Assembly (NCBI GenBank): GCA_035456105.1
Contig: DATIDV010000041.1
Span: 27,219-91,218 of the forward strand
From: Rhodocyclaceae bacterium
GTDB taxonomy: Bacteria; Pseudomonadota; Gammaproteobacteria; Burkholderiales; Rhodocyclaceae
Length of the DNA: 64,000 nucleotides
Direction of reading: 5' to 3'
Below, piece by piece: positions 32,294 through 41,707 of the stretch. The position numbers were made by a program, and so were the translations under genes. Each line of letters starts with the position of its first letter. Position 1 is the stretch's first letter. The notes beneath the pieces were generated by a model. The model saw nothing but the letters and a program-made list of their open reading frames with translations, had not been told where the DNA came from and searched no databases.

Positions 32294-33277
32294 TTAGCGC
32301 TGGGCGTCGATCTGCTTGGTGTAGTTGTCGCCGTACTGCTTGTTGAAGGTGTCCTTCACGCTCTTGGTGGCCTCCATGAAGGGCTTGGTGTCGAGGTTTT
32401 CCACCACCTGCATGCCGGACTTCTTCACACCATCGATGATGGTGCTCAGGTTCTGCGCATTGAGCTGGCGCTGGTACTGGGCTGCCTCACGTGCGGATTC
32501 GACGAGCGCCTTCTGCAGGTCGGGCGAGAGGGCATCGAACTTGGCCTTGTTCATCACCACGATCAGCGGGCTGTACGCGTGGCGTGTCAGGCTCAAGTGC
32601 TTCTGCACTTCGTAGAACTTGGTCGACCACAGCACACCGAGCGGATGCTCCTGCGCATCGACGGCCTTCGTTTCGAGTGCCGTGTAGAGTTCTGCGACAG
32701 GCATCGAGATCGGGTTGGCGCCGAGCAGGCGGAAGGCTTCGATGTTCATCGGGCTCGCGCTGGTGCGGATCTTCAGACCCTTCACGTCGGCAGGGGTGCT
32801 CACCGGATGCTTGGAGTTGGTGACGTTGCGCCAGCCGTTGTCCCAGAACGCCAGACCCTTCATGCCTTGCGCTTCGAGCGTGGCCAGCAACTCGTCACCG
32901 GTCTTGCCGTCGAGCACGCGTGCAACGTGGGCGTCATCCTTGAAGATGAAGGGCACGTCCAGGACGTTGAGCACCGGCACGAGGCCCGTGAAGTTGTTCG
33001 AGCCGGACATTTCGATGTCGATCGTGCCACCGCGCACGCCGTTGATGAGCGCCTGTGCGTTGCCCAGCGAGCTGTCGGGGAAAAGTTGCGCTTCCAGCTT
33101 GCCGCCGGTCTTGGCCTTGAGCAGTTCGTTGAACTTCTGCGCGGCGATGTGCTGCGAGTCGCTGCGCGGGGTCTCGTAGCCGAACTTCAGCTTGGTCTGT
33201 GCCTGGCTGGACAACGGCAGGACAGCAAGCAAACTTACGCACAGAGCGCTCAGAACCTGGGTACCTTTGACTTTCAT
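32294..33277 (-). CDS. TRAP transporter substrate-binding protein (DctP family)
   Basis: 327 aa with a signal peptide (LLAVLPLSSQA). The DctP-type body and its adjacency to the DctM/DctQ genes support the call. Confidence 0.9.
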   Translation of the reverse strand: MKVKGTQVLSALCVSLLAVLPLSSQAQTKLKFGYETPRSDSQHIAAQKFNELLKAKTGGKLEAQLFPDSSLGNAQALINGVRGGTIDIEMSGSNNFTGLVPVLNVLDVPFIFKDDAHVARVLDGKTGDELLATLEAQGMKGLAFWDNGWRNVTNSKHPVSTPADVKGLKIRTSASPMNIEAFRLLGANPISMPVAELYTALETKAVDAQEHPLGVLWSTKFYEVQKHLSLTRHAYSPLIVVMNKAKFDALSPDLQKALVESAREAAQYQRQLNAQNLSTIIDGVKKSGMQVVENLDTKPFMEATKSVKDTFNKQYGDNYTKQIDAQR

Positions 33278-33358
33278 TTTCCTGACTCCTTCTTGAGTAA
33301 TGCCAATTGCATGGATGATTGGTTGGAACTACCTTGGTTGGTTGGAACTACCCTGGCG

Positions 33359-34639
33359 CTAGCGCAACCAGGACGCAGGGATCGTGACGAGTTGCGGGAA
33401 GATGATCAGCAGGACCATGACCAGCGACTCGGCGACCAGGAAGGGCACCATGCCCTTGATGACGGTGTCGAGCTTGACGCGGGACACACTGGAAACCACG
33501 TTGAGGACCGTGCCCACCGGCGGCGTGATCAGGCCGATGGCGTTGTTCATCATGAACATGATCCCGAAGTAGTACGGATCGATACCGGCTTCCTTCACCA
33601 GCGGCATCAGCACCGGCGTGAGGATCAGCACCGTGGGTGCGAGGTCGAGCGCAGTGCCGACCACGAACACCAGGACCATCAGCATGAACATCAGCAGGAT
33701 GCGGTTGTCCATGAAGGGCTGCATGAGTTCGATGACCTGACCGGGGATGTCGGCCAGCGTGATCAGCCAGGCGCTCACCATCGAAGCAGCAACGATCAGC
33801 ATGATGGTGGCGGCGGTCTTCGCTGCAGCGAGGAAGATCGGCGGCAGGTCGCTGAACTTCAGCCCCTTGTAGACGAACACGCTCACCAGCAACGAATACA
33901 CGGCGGCGACGACGGCCGCTTCAGTGGGCGTGAAGGCGCCGGTCTTCATGCCGCCGATGATGATGACCGGAAGCACCAGGGCCCAGCCCGCACCGCGCAA
34001 GGCGCGCAACAGGACGCGAGCGTCAAACTTGGTTGCAGGGCGATCCTTGAAGTCCTTGCGGGCCGTGAGGTACCAGGTGAGGACCAGTGAGCCTGCCATC
34101 AACATGCCCGGGAACACGCCGGTGAAGAACAGCTTGGTCACCGACAACTGCGCGGCGACGCCGAACAGCACCAGCGGCATGGCCGGTGGCAGGATCGGTG
34201 CGATACAGCTAGCACCGGCGATCAGGCCCGCCGAACGCGGCACGTTGTAGCCGGCATTGCGCATCAGCGGAATGACGACTGCGGCCAGCGCGGCGGCGTC
34301 TGCCGCTGCCGAGCCCGAAATGGCCGCCAGCACCAGCGCGGCCATGATGGCCACGTAGCCGAGCCCGCCACGCACGTGGCCGACCAGGGCTTCTGCCACT
34401 TTCACGATCTGCGTCGACAGGCCGCCCTTGTTCATGATCTCGCCTGCGAGCATGAAGAACGGGATCGCCATCAGCGGGAAGTTGTCGGCGCCGGACAGAA
34501 GGTTCTGCGCGAGGATCTGCGCGTCGAAAGCGCCCTGGTGAACCATCAGCGCGACACCGCAGATGAGCAACGAGAAAGCGACTGGAACGCCAATCGCCAT
34601 GGCGCCGCACAGGGCAAGAACGAACACTGCAATAGTCAT
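33359..34639 (-). CDS. TRAP transporter large permease (DctM family)
   Basis: 426 aa polytopic membrane protein with a typical DctM N-terminus (GVPVAFSLL...FPLMAIPFFMLAGEIMN). Confidence 0.92.
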   Translation of the reverse strand: MTIAVFVLALCGAMAIGVPVAFSLLICGVALMVHQGAFDAQILAQNLLSGADNFPLMAIPFFMLAGEIMNKGGLSTQIVKVAEALVGHVRGGLGYVAIMAALVLAAISGSAAADAAALAAVVIPLMRNAGYNVPRSAGLIAGASCIAPILPPAMPLVLFGVAAQLSVTKLFFTGVFPGMLMAGSLVLTWYLTARKDFKDRPATKFDARVLLRALRGAGWALVLPVIIIGGMKTGAFTPTEAAVVAAVYSLLVSVFVYKGLKFSDLPPIFLAAAKTAATIMLIVAASMVSAWLITLADIPGQVIELMQPFMDNRILLMFMLMVLVFVVGTALDLAPTVLILTPVLMPLVKEAGIDPYYFGIMFMMNNAIGLITPPVGTVLNVVSSVSRVKLDTVIKGMVPFLVAESLVMVLLIIFPQLVTIPASWLR

Positions 34640-34658
34640 TTTGTTGTTCCTCGCTGCG

Positions 34659-35171
34659 TCAGAGTACGTCTTCGAAGTTCGAAGACAGCTCGGAGTCCTG
34701 CATCTTGCCGGTCAGCAAGCGGTACATGGAGTGCAGCAGCAGCAGGGCCATCCCGACGCCGCCGACGACGCCGCCGATGTACACGTAGCCATATGGCATG
34801 CCGGTGACCGGGGCCGCGTTGTGCAGGTTCATCACCACCAGCTTCCAGGTGCCCCAGATCATCATCAGGCAGCACAGGAAGGTCATCAGGTCACCGAGGA
34901 ACTTGCAGACACGCTGGGCTTTCATCGGCAGCTTCTCGGTGACCATGTGGACGCCGAGGTGAGCGTTGTCCTTCAGGGCCAGCACGGAGCCGACGAAGAC
35001 CACCCACACGAAGAGAAAGCGCGAGACCTCCTCTGAACTCAAAATGCTCGAGTTGAATACGTAGCGCAGGACTACGTTGCCAAACACCATCACCACCATG
35101 AGTGCCAGCATGGCTATGAGCAGCCATTCGAGCCCCCGATTCAAGCGCTTCAAGATCATCGTTATCTCCAT
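34659..35171 (-). CDS. TRAP transporter small permease (DctQ family)
   Basis: About 166-170 aa with 4 TM helices. The second ATG (35159, MILKRLNRG) has the better GGAGA RBS, so the start is uncertain by 4 codons. Confidence 0.88.
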   Translation of the reverse strand: MEITMILKRLNRGLEWLLIAMLALMVVMVFGNVVLRYVFNSSILSSEEVSRFLFVWVVFVGSVLALKDNAHLGVHMVTEKLPMKAQRVCKFLGDLMTFLCCLMMIWGTWKLVVMNLHNAAPVTGMPYGYVYIGGVVGGVGMALLLLHSMYRLLTGKMQDSELSSNFEDVL

Positions 35172-35225
35172 TGCTGATCAGGCCCATCTTTGATGACTGC
35201 CCTGATGCGTACGCGGCTTGTCGGT

Positions 35226-35250
35226 GGTCTGGTGGTCAGACCACTAGACC
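35226..35250. promoter_or_regulatory. 25-bp near-perfect palindrome, candidate GntR/FadR-type operator upstream of the TRAP operon
   Basis: GGTCTGGTGGTC-A-GACCACTAGACC has one mismatch, and its core TGGTCAGACCA is perfect. It lies about 55 bp upstream of the dctQ-like start and has the GT-N-AC architecture expected of FadR-subfamily operators. Confidence 0.5.
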
Positions 35251-35620
35251 GGTGCTGCAAAGTCTCTGCTGCTCGGCTCGGGTGGAACATCAGGGTCAAC
35301 CCGTGTTGGCAGCCAAACAACGGATATGTTTGCGACATGTCATGTTTCAGCTGCGGGACGGGAACTTCTGGATTTGCCTCGCACATCACGTGGACGCCCC
35401 AACAGGCTCGTAATCCATTGCGCGCCAACGCTTTCAAGCGTGCTTGCCCGTGCGCGCCAGAATTAATACCGAGGGCGCCAGAAGCCTTGTTTTGGCGTGG
35501 CGAAGGCATATTTGGTCAGGCGCGGCGCCTCTGCGTAACGAGCCTGTTCGCGGTCAATGGCCTGGCGCCTCGGGCGAGCATCGTGGTCCGCCAGTTGGGC
35601 AAGACGGAGATGACGGCCTG

Positions 35621-35630
35621 TGGTATACCG
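35621..35630. promoter_or_regulatory. Second candidate GntR-type half-palindrome (TGGTATACCG) upstream of the regulator gene
   Basis: It has a GGTATACC palindromic core about 50 nt upstream of the gntR-like ATG and shares the TGGT..ACC pattern with the 35226-35250 site. Confidence 0.35.
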
Positions 35631-35680
35631 GTCAGGCCAGCAGGCCGGGGCAAAAGGAGTCACTGCAACAGGGAACCGTG

Positions 35681-36382
35681 ATGGACATTGATTTACCCAC
35701 CCTGAAGGTGGAAAGGCTTTACCGGCAGATCTTCGCCGTACTCCAGCGTCATATTGAGCAAGGCGTCTTCAAGCCAGGCGAAGCCTTGCCTTCGGAGCGC
35801 GATCTATCAAAGAAGCTGGGTGTCAGTCGGTCGTCGGTTCGCGAAGCGCTCATCGCGCTCGAAATGCGGGGATGGGTCGAGATCCGTACCGGCCATGGTG
35901 TATTCGTCCGGACCAACCAGCCCGAGGCTGCAGCGGCCAATTCAGCCATCGAGGAAGGCGGTGTGGCCGATCTGCTCAAGGCGCGCGAATTTCTGGAAGG
36001 CGAGTTTTGCCTGCTTGCCGCCCGACATGCCACCGAAGCCCAGATGGATGCGCTGGAATCCATCGTCGCCTCCATGGAACTGCAGGAAACCGACAACGAA
36101 GAGTTCCACCTTGCCGATCGCAATTTCCATCTCAAGATTGCCGAGATGACAGGCAACCCCGTGTTGCACGATGTCATGCTGCAACTCTGGAGTCGCCGCT
36201 ACAGCCCGCTCTACAAACGTTTCGAAGATCACTACAACGAGCGCAACCTGGCGCCCGATCTGGCTCAGGACCATCGTGACATCTACGTTGCCTTGAGGAG
36301 CCGCGATGGAAATCGTGCGCGCGACCTTATGCGGGTCCACATGCAGCACGTGTACAAGAGCCTGTTTCGCTTGGCGCAGTGA
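35681..36382 (+). CDS. GntR-family transcriptional regulator, FadR subfamily (FCD ligand domain)
   Basis: 233 aa from the ATG at 35681. It has the winged-HTH PGEALPSERDLSKKLGVSRSSVREALIALEMRGWVEIRTGHGVFV and an all-helical C-domain. It is divergent from the TRAP operon. Confidence 0.88.
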   Translation: MDIDLPTLKVERLYRQIFAVLQRHIEQGVFKPGEALPSERDLSKKLGVSRSSVREALIALEMRGWVEIRTGHGVFVRTNQPEAAAANSAIEEGGVADLLKAREFLEGEFCLLAARHATEAQMDALESIVASMELQETDNEEFHLADRNFHLKIAEMTGNPVLHDVMLQLWSRRYSPLYKRFEDHYNERNLAPDLAQDHRDIYVALRSRDGNRARDLMRVHMQHVYKSLFRLAQ

Positions 36383-36479
36383 ACTGGCTGTGTAGTCGTG
36401 ATTAGCTTCGCCGCATGAACGGTCGGCCGCCAGAGGCTTCATTTGATCTGGGCGCGACCATCAGGACGTACCACATTTA

Positions 36480-36734
36480 CCTTGCAGGCCGCCCCTCAGA
36501 CGGGCGCTGCACTTTGTTGCGGCGCCAGGCTGGCTGTCGATGCGGCCGATCCTCGTGTCCTGCATCGGCGCGACCGCGGGGGCCGGTTTGTGGAGGGGCG
36601 ATAACACCCTGTCCGGCGCCATCTGCGGTACGGCGCTGGAGGTCGTGATCCTCACGACCAATATCTGGACTATCTACCGCACGCGCCGCGATCACCGGCG
36701 TGATGCGGACGTGGTGCCTGTGCCGGAGCCGTAA
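36480..36734 (+). pseudogene. Decayed fourth YgjV-family copy (N-terminally truncated, internal ~45-nt deletion)
   Basis: In one frame, ...RRALHFVAAPGWLSMRPILVSCIGATAGAGLWRGDNTLSGAICGTALEVVILTTNIWTIYR aligns by eye with RRVALFFIV..GGWLVESWAGVLPILACCVGTAA...NNILSGSIGGTALEACIALSNTYTIW of copy 2. The first ~85 codons and most of one TM helix are missing. Confidence 0.65.
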
Positions 36735-36740
36735 CGCGGC

Positions 36741-37121
36741 TCAGTGCAGGATGCGCGGTCCAGGCAGCAGGAACTCCGGAATCTCTGCCTCGAACCCCGT
36801 GCCATCTTCCGCCGTCATCTGATATGCACCGCGCATGGTGCCGACCGGCGTGGCGATCGAACAGCCACTGGTGTATTCGAAAGACTCCCCTGGCGCGATG
36901 AGCGGTTGCTCGCCGATCACGCCGACGCCGCGCACTTCCTGCACGCGACCTTCTGCATCGGTAATCAGCCAGTGGCGGCTGATCAGCTTGGCGGGTAGCG
37001 TGCCCTTGTTCTCGATACGGATCTGGTACGCGAATACAAAGCGGCCTTCATCGGGCTCCGACTGCTCTGCGATGAACTCTGCTGAGGTTTCGACGTGGAT
37101 GAGATACTTGGCGGGATTCAT
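36741..37121 (-). CDS. apaG: ApaG (DUF525) protein
   Basis: 126 aa. FVFAYQIRIENKGTLPAKLISRHWLITDAEGRVQEVRGVGVIGEQPLIAPGESFEYTS is typical of ApaG. It is divergent from rpe, as in other Burkholderiales. Confidence 0.9.
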   Translation of the reverse strand: MNPAKYLIHVETSAEFIAEQSEPDEGRFVFAYQIRIENKGTLPAKLISRHWLITDAEGRVQEVRGVGVIGEQPLIAPGESFEYTSGCSIATPVGTMRGAYQMTAEDGTGFEAEIPEFLLPGPRILH

Positions 37122-37340
37122 TGTTGCTCTGGCTGGGCTTGGTGCATCGAGTCAGTTATTTGACCCCAAGCCGATCGATGGGGTCCGGCAAATTGTCACG
37201 GTTTGGCAACGTATGCCCATCCGTTGCAAAAAATGACAAGCCCGGGCGCCGCCTGCAGACTCCTTGCTTCCAGCCACCCCGGATAATGGCGGGTGCTTGT
37301 ATCCTTGTATCGTCCCGCTCCTGCCTGAGAAAGCCGCACC

Positions 37341-38042
37341 ATGTCCGCTCCCCTGTACCGCATTGCGCCAAGCCTGCTCGCCGCCGATTTCGCCCGTCTT
37401 GGTGAAGAGGTCAACAACGTCATCGCCTCGGGTGCCGACTGGCTGCATTTCGATGTGATGGATAACCATTACGTCCCCAATCTCACCATCGGTCCGCTGG
37501 TGTGTCAGGCCATCCGTCCGCTGACTCAGGCGACCATCGACGTGCATCTGATGGTTGAGCCCGTCGACGCGCTGGTGCCGATGTTTGCCAAGGCGGGTGC
37601 CAACATCATCACCTTTCATCCGGAAGCGACGAAGCACGTGGACCGCACGCTGCAACTGATCCGTGATCAGGGCTGTCAGGCGGGTCTGGTGTTCAATCCT
37701 GCCACGCCGCTGGAATGGCTGGACCATGTCATGGACCGCATCGACCTGATCATGCTGATGTCCGTGAATCCAGGTTTTGGTGGACAGGGCTTCATCCCCT
37801 CGACCTTGCCGAAGCTGCGTCAGGCACGCGCGCGCCTCGATGCGTATGAACAGCAGACAGGCCGCCGCATCCTTCTGGAAATCGATGGTGGCGTGAAGGT
37901 CGACAACATCGCGGAGATTGCTGCTGCGGGCGCTGATACCTTCGTGGCGGGTTCCGCCGTGTTCGGTGCCGCAAGAGCCGAAGATCCGAATCGCTATGAC
38001 AGCGTGATCAAGGCCTTCCGCGATCAACTGAAGACAGTCTGA
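37341..38042 (+). CDS. rpe: Ribulose-phosphate 3-epimerase
   Basis: 233 aa with [31 protein letters not shown] and [10 protein letters not shown] motifs. Confidence 0.96.
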   Translation: MSAPLYRIAPSLLAADFARLGEEVNNVIASGADWLHFDVMDNHYVPNLTIGPLVCQAIRPLTQATIDVHLMVEPVDALVPMFAKAGANIITFHPEATKHVDRTLQLIRDQGCQAGLVFNPATPLEWLDHVMDRIDLIMLMSVNPGFGGQGFIPSTLPKLRQARARLDAYEQQTGRRILLEIDGGVKVDNIAEIAAAGADTFVAGSAVFGAARAEDPNRYDSVIKAFRDQLKTV

Positions 38043-38741
38043 ATGTCGTCGTTCGCCAAGCTGCCGCAAGCCATCCTGTTTGATCTGGATGGCACTCTGG
38101 TCGATGCCAATCCCGACATTACGGAAGCGGCGCGGCGCATGCTCGCTGAACTTGGCGAACCTGCGCGCAGCGATGAGGAAGTCGGGCACTTCGTCGGCAA
38201 GGGTGTTGGCGTGTTCGTCGAGCGCGCACTCAATGTGGGTCGTCGTGCCCACAGTGAAAGCGAAATCGCCACGGCGCTGGAGCGCTTCATGGTCCATTAC
38301 GCCGCGGTCAATAGTCAGCAGGCGACGGTTTATCCGCAGGTGCGCGAGACGCTGGAAGTGTTGCGCGGGCGGGGCGTGCCGATGGCCTGCGTGACCAACA
38401 AGGCCGAGGTCTTCACCGTACCGCTCCTGCAGTCCTTGGGCCTTGCCGACTTCTTCGCCTGCATCGTCAGTGGCGACAGCTTGCCGCAAAAGAAACCTGA
38501 TCCCGAACCCCTGTTGCATGCCTGTCGCGAGCTGGGGGCGTCGCCTGCGCAGTCACTCATGGTCGGCGACTCAGCCAATGACGCACTCGCAGCACGTCGC
38601 GCGGGCGTCCCGGTGCTGCTCGTGACCTATGGCTACAGCGAAGGCATCGCCGTGGACAGCATTGATTGCGACGGGTTAATATCCTCGTTCGCTGATTTGC
38701 CGGATTTTCTGGCGTCCAGCCGATTCAGAGTGCCGAAATGA
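38043..38741 (+). CDS. gph: Phosphoglycolate phosphatase (HAD superfamily)
   Basis: 232 aa with HAD motif I (ILFDLDGTLVD) and motif IV (MVGDSANDALAARRAG). It sits immediately after rpe. Confidence 0.88.
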   Translation: MSSFAKLPQAILFDLDGTLVDANPDITEAARRMLAELGEPARSDEEVGHFVGKGVGVFVERALNVGRRAHSESEIATALERFMVHYAAVNSQQATVYPQVRETLEVLRGRGVPMACVTNKAEVFTVPLLQSLGLADFFACIVSGDSLPQKKPDPEPLLHACRELGASPAQSLMVGDSANDALAARRAGVPVLLVTYGYSEGIAVDSIDCDGLISSFADLPDFLASSRFRVPK

Positions 38742-38894
38742 AGACCCCAAGCCGCATCCTCGAGAAAGGGAATCGCCCGATCTGTGCCGTCGTCAAGCAC
38801 AGCGGGAGTTCGTGGCGTGTGCAGTAGGTAGTGCACAGCCAGGTCGCATGAGGTGCGATCTGATCTCGAAAACATGCAGCACCCCGGAGTCATC

Positions 38895-40370
38895 ATGACC
38901 GAAGCCGAATTCAAGGCATTGGCCGCGCAGGGCTACAACCGTATCCCCCTGACGCTGGACACCTTTGCCGATCTCGACACGCCGCTGTCGATCTATCTCA
39001 AACTCGCCAACGAAGCCAACACCTACCTGCTCGAGTCCGTGCAGGGGGGCGAGCGTTTTGGCCGCTACTCCATCATTGGCCTGCCGTCGAAAACCTCGTT
39101 GCGCGCAACGGGTTTTAAGACGGAAATCGTGACCGATGGCCGCGTCGTTGAAACGGCCGAAGGCAATCCGCTCGATTTCATCGCCGAATACCAGAAGCGT
39201 TTCAAGGTTGCGCTGCATCCCGGCCTGCCGCGTTTCTGTGGCGGCCTTGCAGGCTACTTTGGCTACGACGCCGTGCGTTACATTGAGCCCAAGCTGGCGG
39301 CGACGCAAAAGCCGGGTGGTATCGATACGCCCGACATCTTATTGTTGCAGACCGAAGAGCTGGTCGTCATCGACAACCTCAAGGGCCGCCTGAGCTTCAT
39401 CGTCTACGCTGACCCGACGCAACCTGAAGCCTACGACAAGGGCCAGCGTCGTCTGCAGGGCTTGCGTGAAGCGCTGAAGAAGAGCGTGACCGCGCCCGAG
39501 GTGCATCGCAGCGACACGCATCCGATCGTGCGCAGCTTCGACAAGGACGACTACATCGCCGCTGTGCTCAAGGCCAAGGAATACATTGCTGACGGCGACA
39601 TGATGCAGGTGCAGATTGGCCAGCGTCTGTCCAAGCGCTTCACCGAATCGCCGCTGAGCCTGTACCGCGCCCTGCGCACGCTTAACCCGTCGCCGTACAT
39701 GTACTTCTACAACCTCGGCGACTTCCATATCGTCGGCGCATCGCCGGAAATCCTGGTGCGTCAGGAGACGACACCGGACGGCCAGAAGATCACTATCCGC
39801 CCGCTCGCGGGCACACGTCCGCGCGGCGCCACGCCGGAACTCGACAAGGCTGCCGAAGTGGAACTGCTTGGTGACCCGAAAGAGCGCGCCGAGCACCTGA
39901 TGCTGATCGATCTCGCGCGCAATGACATCGGCCGCATCGCCAAGACCGGCAGCGTGAAGGTGACCGACGCGTTCGTGGTTGAACGCTACTCGCACGTCAT
40001 GCACATCGTCAGCAACGTCGAAGGCCTGCTGAAAGACGGCATGAGCAGTCTCGATGTGCTGCGCGCGACCTTCCCGGCCGGCACGCTGACCGGCGCGCCG
40101 AAAGTGCGTGCCATGGAAATCATCGACGAGCTGGAGCCTGTCAAGCGCGGCATCTACGGCGGCGCCTGCGGTTACCTGAGCTATGGCGGCGACATGGACG
40201 TGGCGATCGCCATCCGTACCGGCATCATCAAGGACCAGACGCTTTACGTGCAGGCCGCTGCTGGCGTCGTCGCCGATTCCGTGCCCGAACTTGAGTGGAA
40301 GGAAACGGAAGCGAAAGCCCGTGCGATGTTGCGTGCCGCCGAACTGGTGGAAGAAGGGTTCGAGGGCTAA
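38895..40370 (+). CDS. trpE: Anthranilate synthase component I
   Basis: 491 aa from the ATG at 38895 (MTEAEFKALAAQGYNRIPL) with a GGAG RBS. It has the LLESV motif and the chorismate-binding C-domain (GTLTGAPKVRAMEIIDELE). Confidence 0.95.
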   Translation: MTEAEFKALAAQGYNRIPLTLDTFADLDTPLSIYLKLANEANTYLLESVQGGERFGRYSIIGLPSKTSLRATGFKTEIVTDGRVVETAEGNPLDFIAEYQKRFKVALHPGLPRFCGGLAGYFGYDAVRYIEPKLAATQKPGGIDTPDILLLQTEELVVIDNLKGRLSFIVYADPTQPEAYDKGQRRLQGLREALKKSVTAPEVHRSDTHPIVRSFDKDDYIAAVLKAKEYIADGDMMQVQIGQRLSKRFTESPLSLYRALRTLNPSPYMYFYNLGDFHIVGASPEILVRQETTPDGQKITIRPLAGTRPRGATPELDKAAEVELLGDPKERAEHLMLIDLARNDIGRIAKTGSVKVTDAFVVERYSHVMHIVSNVEGLLKDGMSSLDVLRATFPAGTLTGAPKVRAMEIIDELEPVKRGIYGGACGYLSYGGDMDVAIAIRTGIIKDQTLYVQAAAGVVADSVPELEWKETEAKARAMLRAAELVEEGFEG

Positions 40371-40373
40371 ATC

Positions 40374-40943
40374 ATGATCTTGATGATCGACAACTACGAC
40401 AGCTTCACCTACAACCTCGTGCAGTACTTCGGTGAACTCGGTGCGGACATGCAGGTGGTGCGCAACGACCAGATCACGATTGAAGAGATCGAGAAACTCG
40501 CGCCCGAGAAAATCGTGATTTCGCCTGGCCCGTGCTCGCCGAACGAAGCCGGCATCTCCGTGCCGACGATCAAGCACTTCGCCGGCAAGCTGCCGATTCT
40601 CGGTGTATGCCTTGGGCATCAGAGTATCGGTGCGGCATTTGGTGGAAAAATCATCAGAGCCAAGCAGCTCATGCACGGCAAGACTTCGCCGATCGAGCAT
40701 GCGAACGTGGGCGTCTTCCACGGCTTGCCGCAACCCTTCACGGCGACGCGTTATCACTCGCTGGCGATCGAGCGCGAAAGCTGCCCGGACTGCCTCGAAG
40801 TGACGGCATGGACGGCTGACGGCGAGATCATGGGTGTGCGCCACAAGACGCTGGCCATCGAAGGCGTGCAGTTCCATCCCGAGTCGATCCTGACCGAGGG
40901 CGGGCACCACATGCTGAAGAACTTCCTCGACGCAAAGTACTGA
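40374..40943 (+). CDS. trpG: Anthranilate synthase component II (glutamine amidotransferase)
   Basis: 189 aa class-I GATase with GVCLGHQ active-site Cys and a HPES motif. Confidence 0.95.
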   Translation: MILMIDNYDSFTYNLVQYFGELGADMQVVRNDQITIEEIEKLAPEKIVISPGPCSPNEAGISVPTIKHFAGKLPILGVCLGHQSIGAAFGGKIIRAKQLMHGKTSPIEHANVGVFHGLPQPFTATRYHSLAIERESCPDCLEVTAWTADGEIMGVRHKTLAIEGVQFHPESILTEGGHHMLKNFLDAKY

Positions 40944-40947
40944 GATC

Positions 40948-41673
40948 GTGTCGGCGAAACTGGTGCTCGTCAGCGGCGGATCGCGAGGACTGGGCCAGGC
41001 GCTGTGTGCGGCTTACATGGCACTTGGTTACAAGGTCGTCGAGTTCTCACGCAGTGCGCCAGCGCCATATTCGGTCGCGACTGACTTCGCCGATCCCGAG
41101 CAGGCCGCGCGCGTTTTCGAAGACACGATGCGGCCACTGGCGGCAGAGAGCTGGGGCGAGATCGTGGTCATCCACAATGCCGGCGTGCTCGATCCCATCG
41201 GTGCCGTGACCAACAAACGAACCACGCAGGTGCTCGACAACATCAACACCAACATCACGGCGGCGATGCTGTTCCTGCGCGAAGCGATGCGCCAGTTCCA
41301 GTCGCATGCCTGCCGCAAGACGCTGGTGAATGTGTCGTCAGGCGCTGCGCGAAAAGGCTACGCCGGCTGGTCGCTGTATTGCGCGGGCAAGGCAGCGCTG
41401 GAGAACTTCGTGCGAGCCGTGGCGCTGGAGCAGGGGCAGGAGGCTTCGCCCTTTGTGGTCCTGAACGTCGATCCCGGTGTGATGGACACGGAGATGCAGG
41501 CGACGATCCGCGAGACTTCGGTCGAGGACTTCCCGGATGTCGATCGCTTCATCCAGCGCAAGCTGCTCGGCACTCTGCGCCCGGCGAAAGACATTGCTGC
41601 GGCCATCGTGCGGATTGTTGCCAGCGAGCAGGAGAGTGGCAGTAGAGTGGATGCCGCAGAGTTTCTGGCGTGA
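40948..41673 (+). CDS. Short-chain dehydrogenase/reductase (SDR) inserted in the trp cluster
   Basis: 241 aa from a GTG start, with SGGSRGLGQA cofactor motif and YCAGKAA catalytic YxxxK. Substrate unknown. Confidence 0.8.
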   Translation: MSAKLVLVSGGSRGLGQALCAAYMALGYKVVEFSRSAPAPYSVATDFADPEQAARVFEDTMRPLAAESWGEIVVIHNAGVLDPIGAVTNKRTTQVLDNINTNITAAMLFLREAMRQFQSHACRKTLVNVSSGAARKGYAGWSLYCAGKAALENFVRAVALEQGQEASPFVVLNVDPGVMDTEMQATIRETSVEDFPDVDRFIQRKLLGTLRPAKDIAAAIVRIVASEQESGSRVDAAEFLA

Positions 41674-41707
41674 TGCACTTCGTTTTCTGCTGAATCCGGA
41701 GCGTTGA

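Noticed and set aside
35190-35681. 163-aa and 115-aa ORFs inside the TRAP/GntR divergent intergenic region
   Set aside because: They have no RBS, no recognisable motifs and Arg/Cys/Pro-rich translations. They overlap the candidate operator and promoter region, so they are treated as non-coding.
38742-38894. Possible trp attenuator or leader peptide upstream of trpE
   Set aside because: Only short stems (GTGCA...TGCAC, TCGCA...TGCGA) are present. There is no Trp-codon-containing leader ORF and no terminator-like hairpin with a U-run, so an attenuator cannot be supported.
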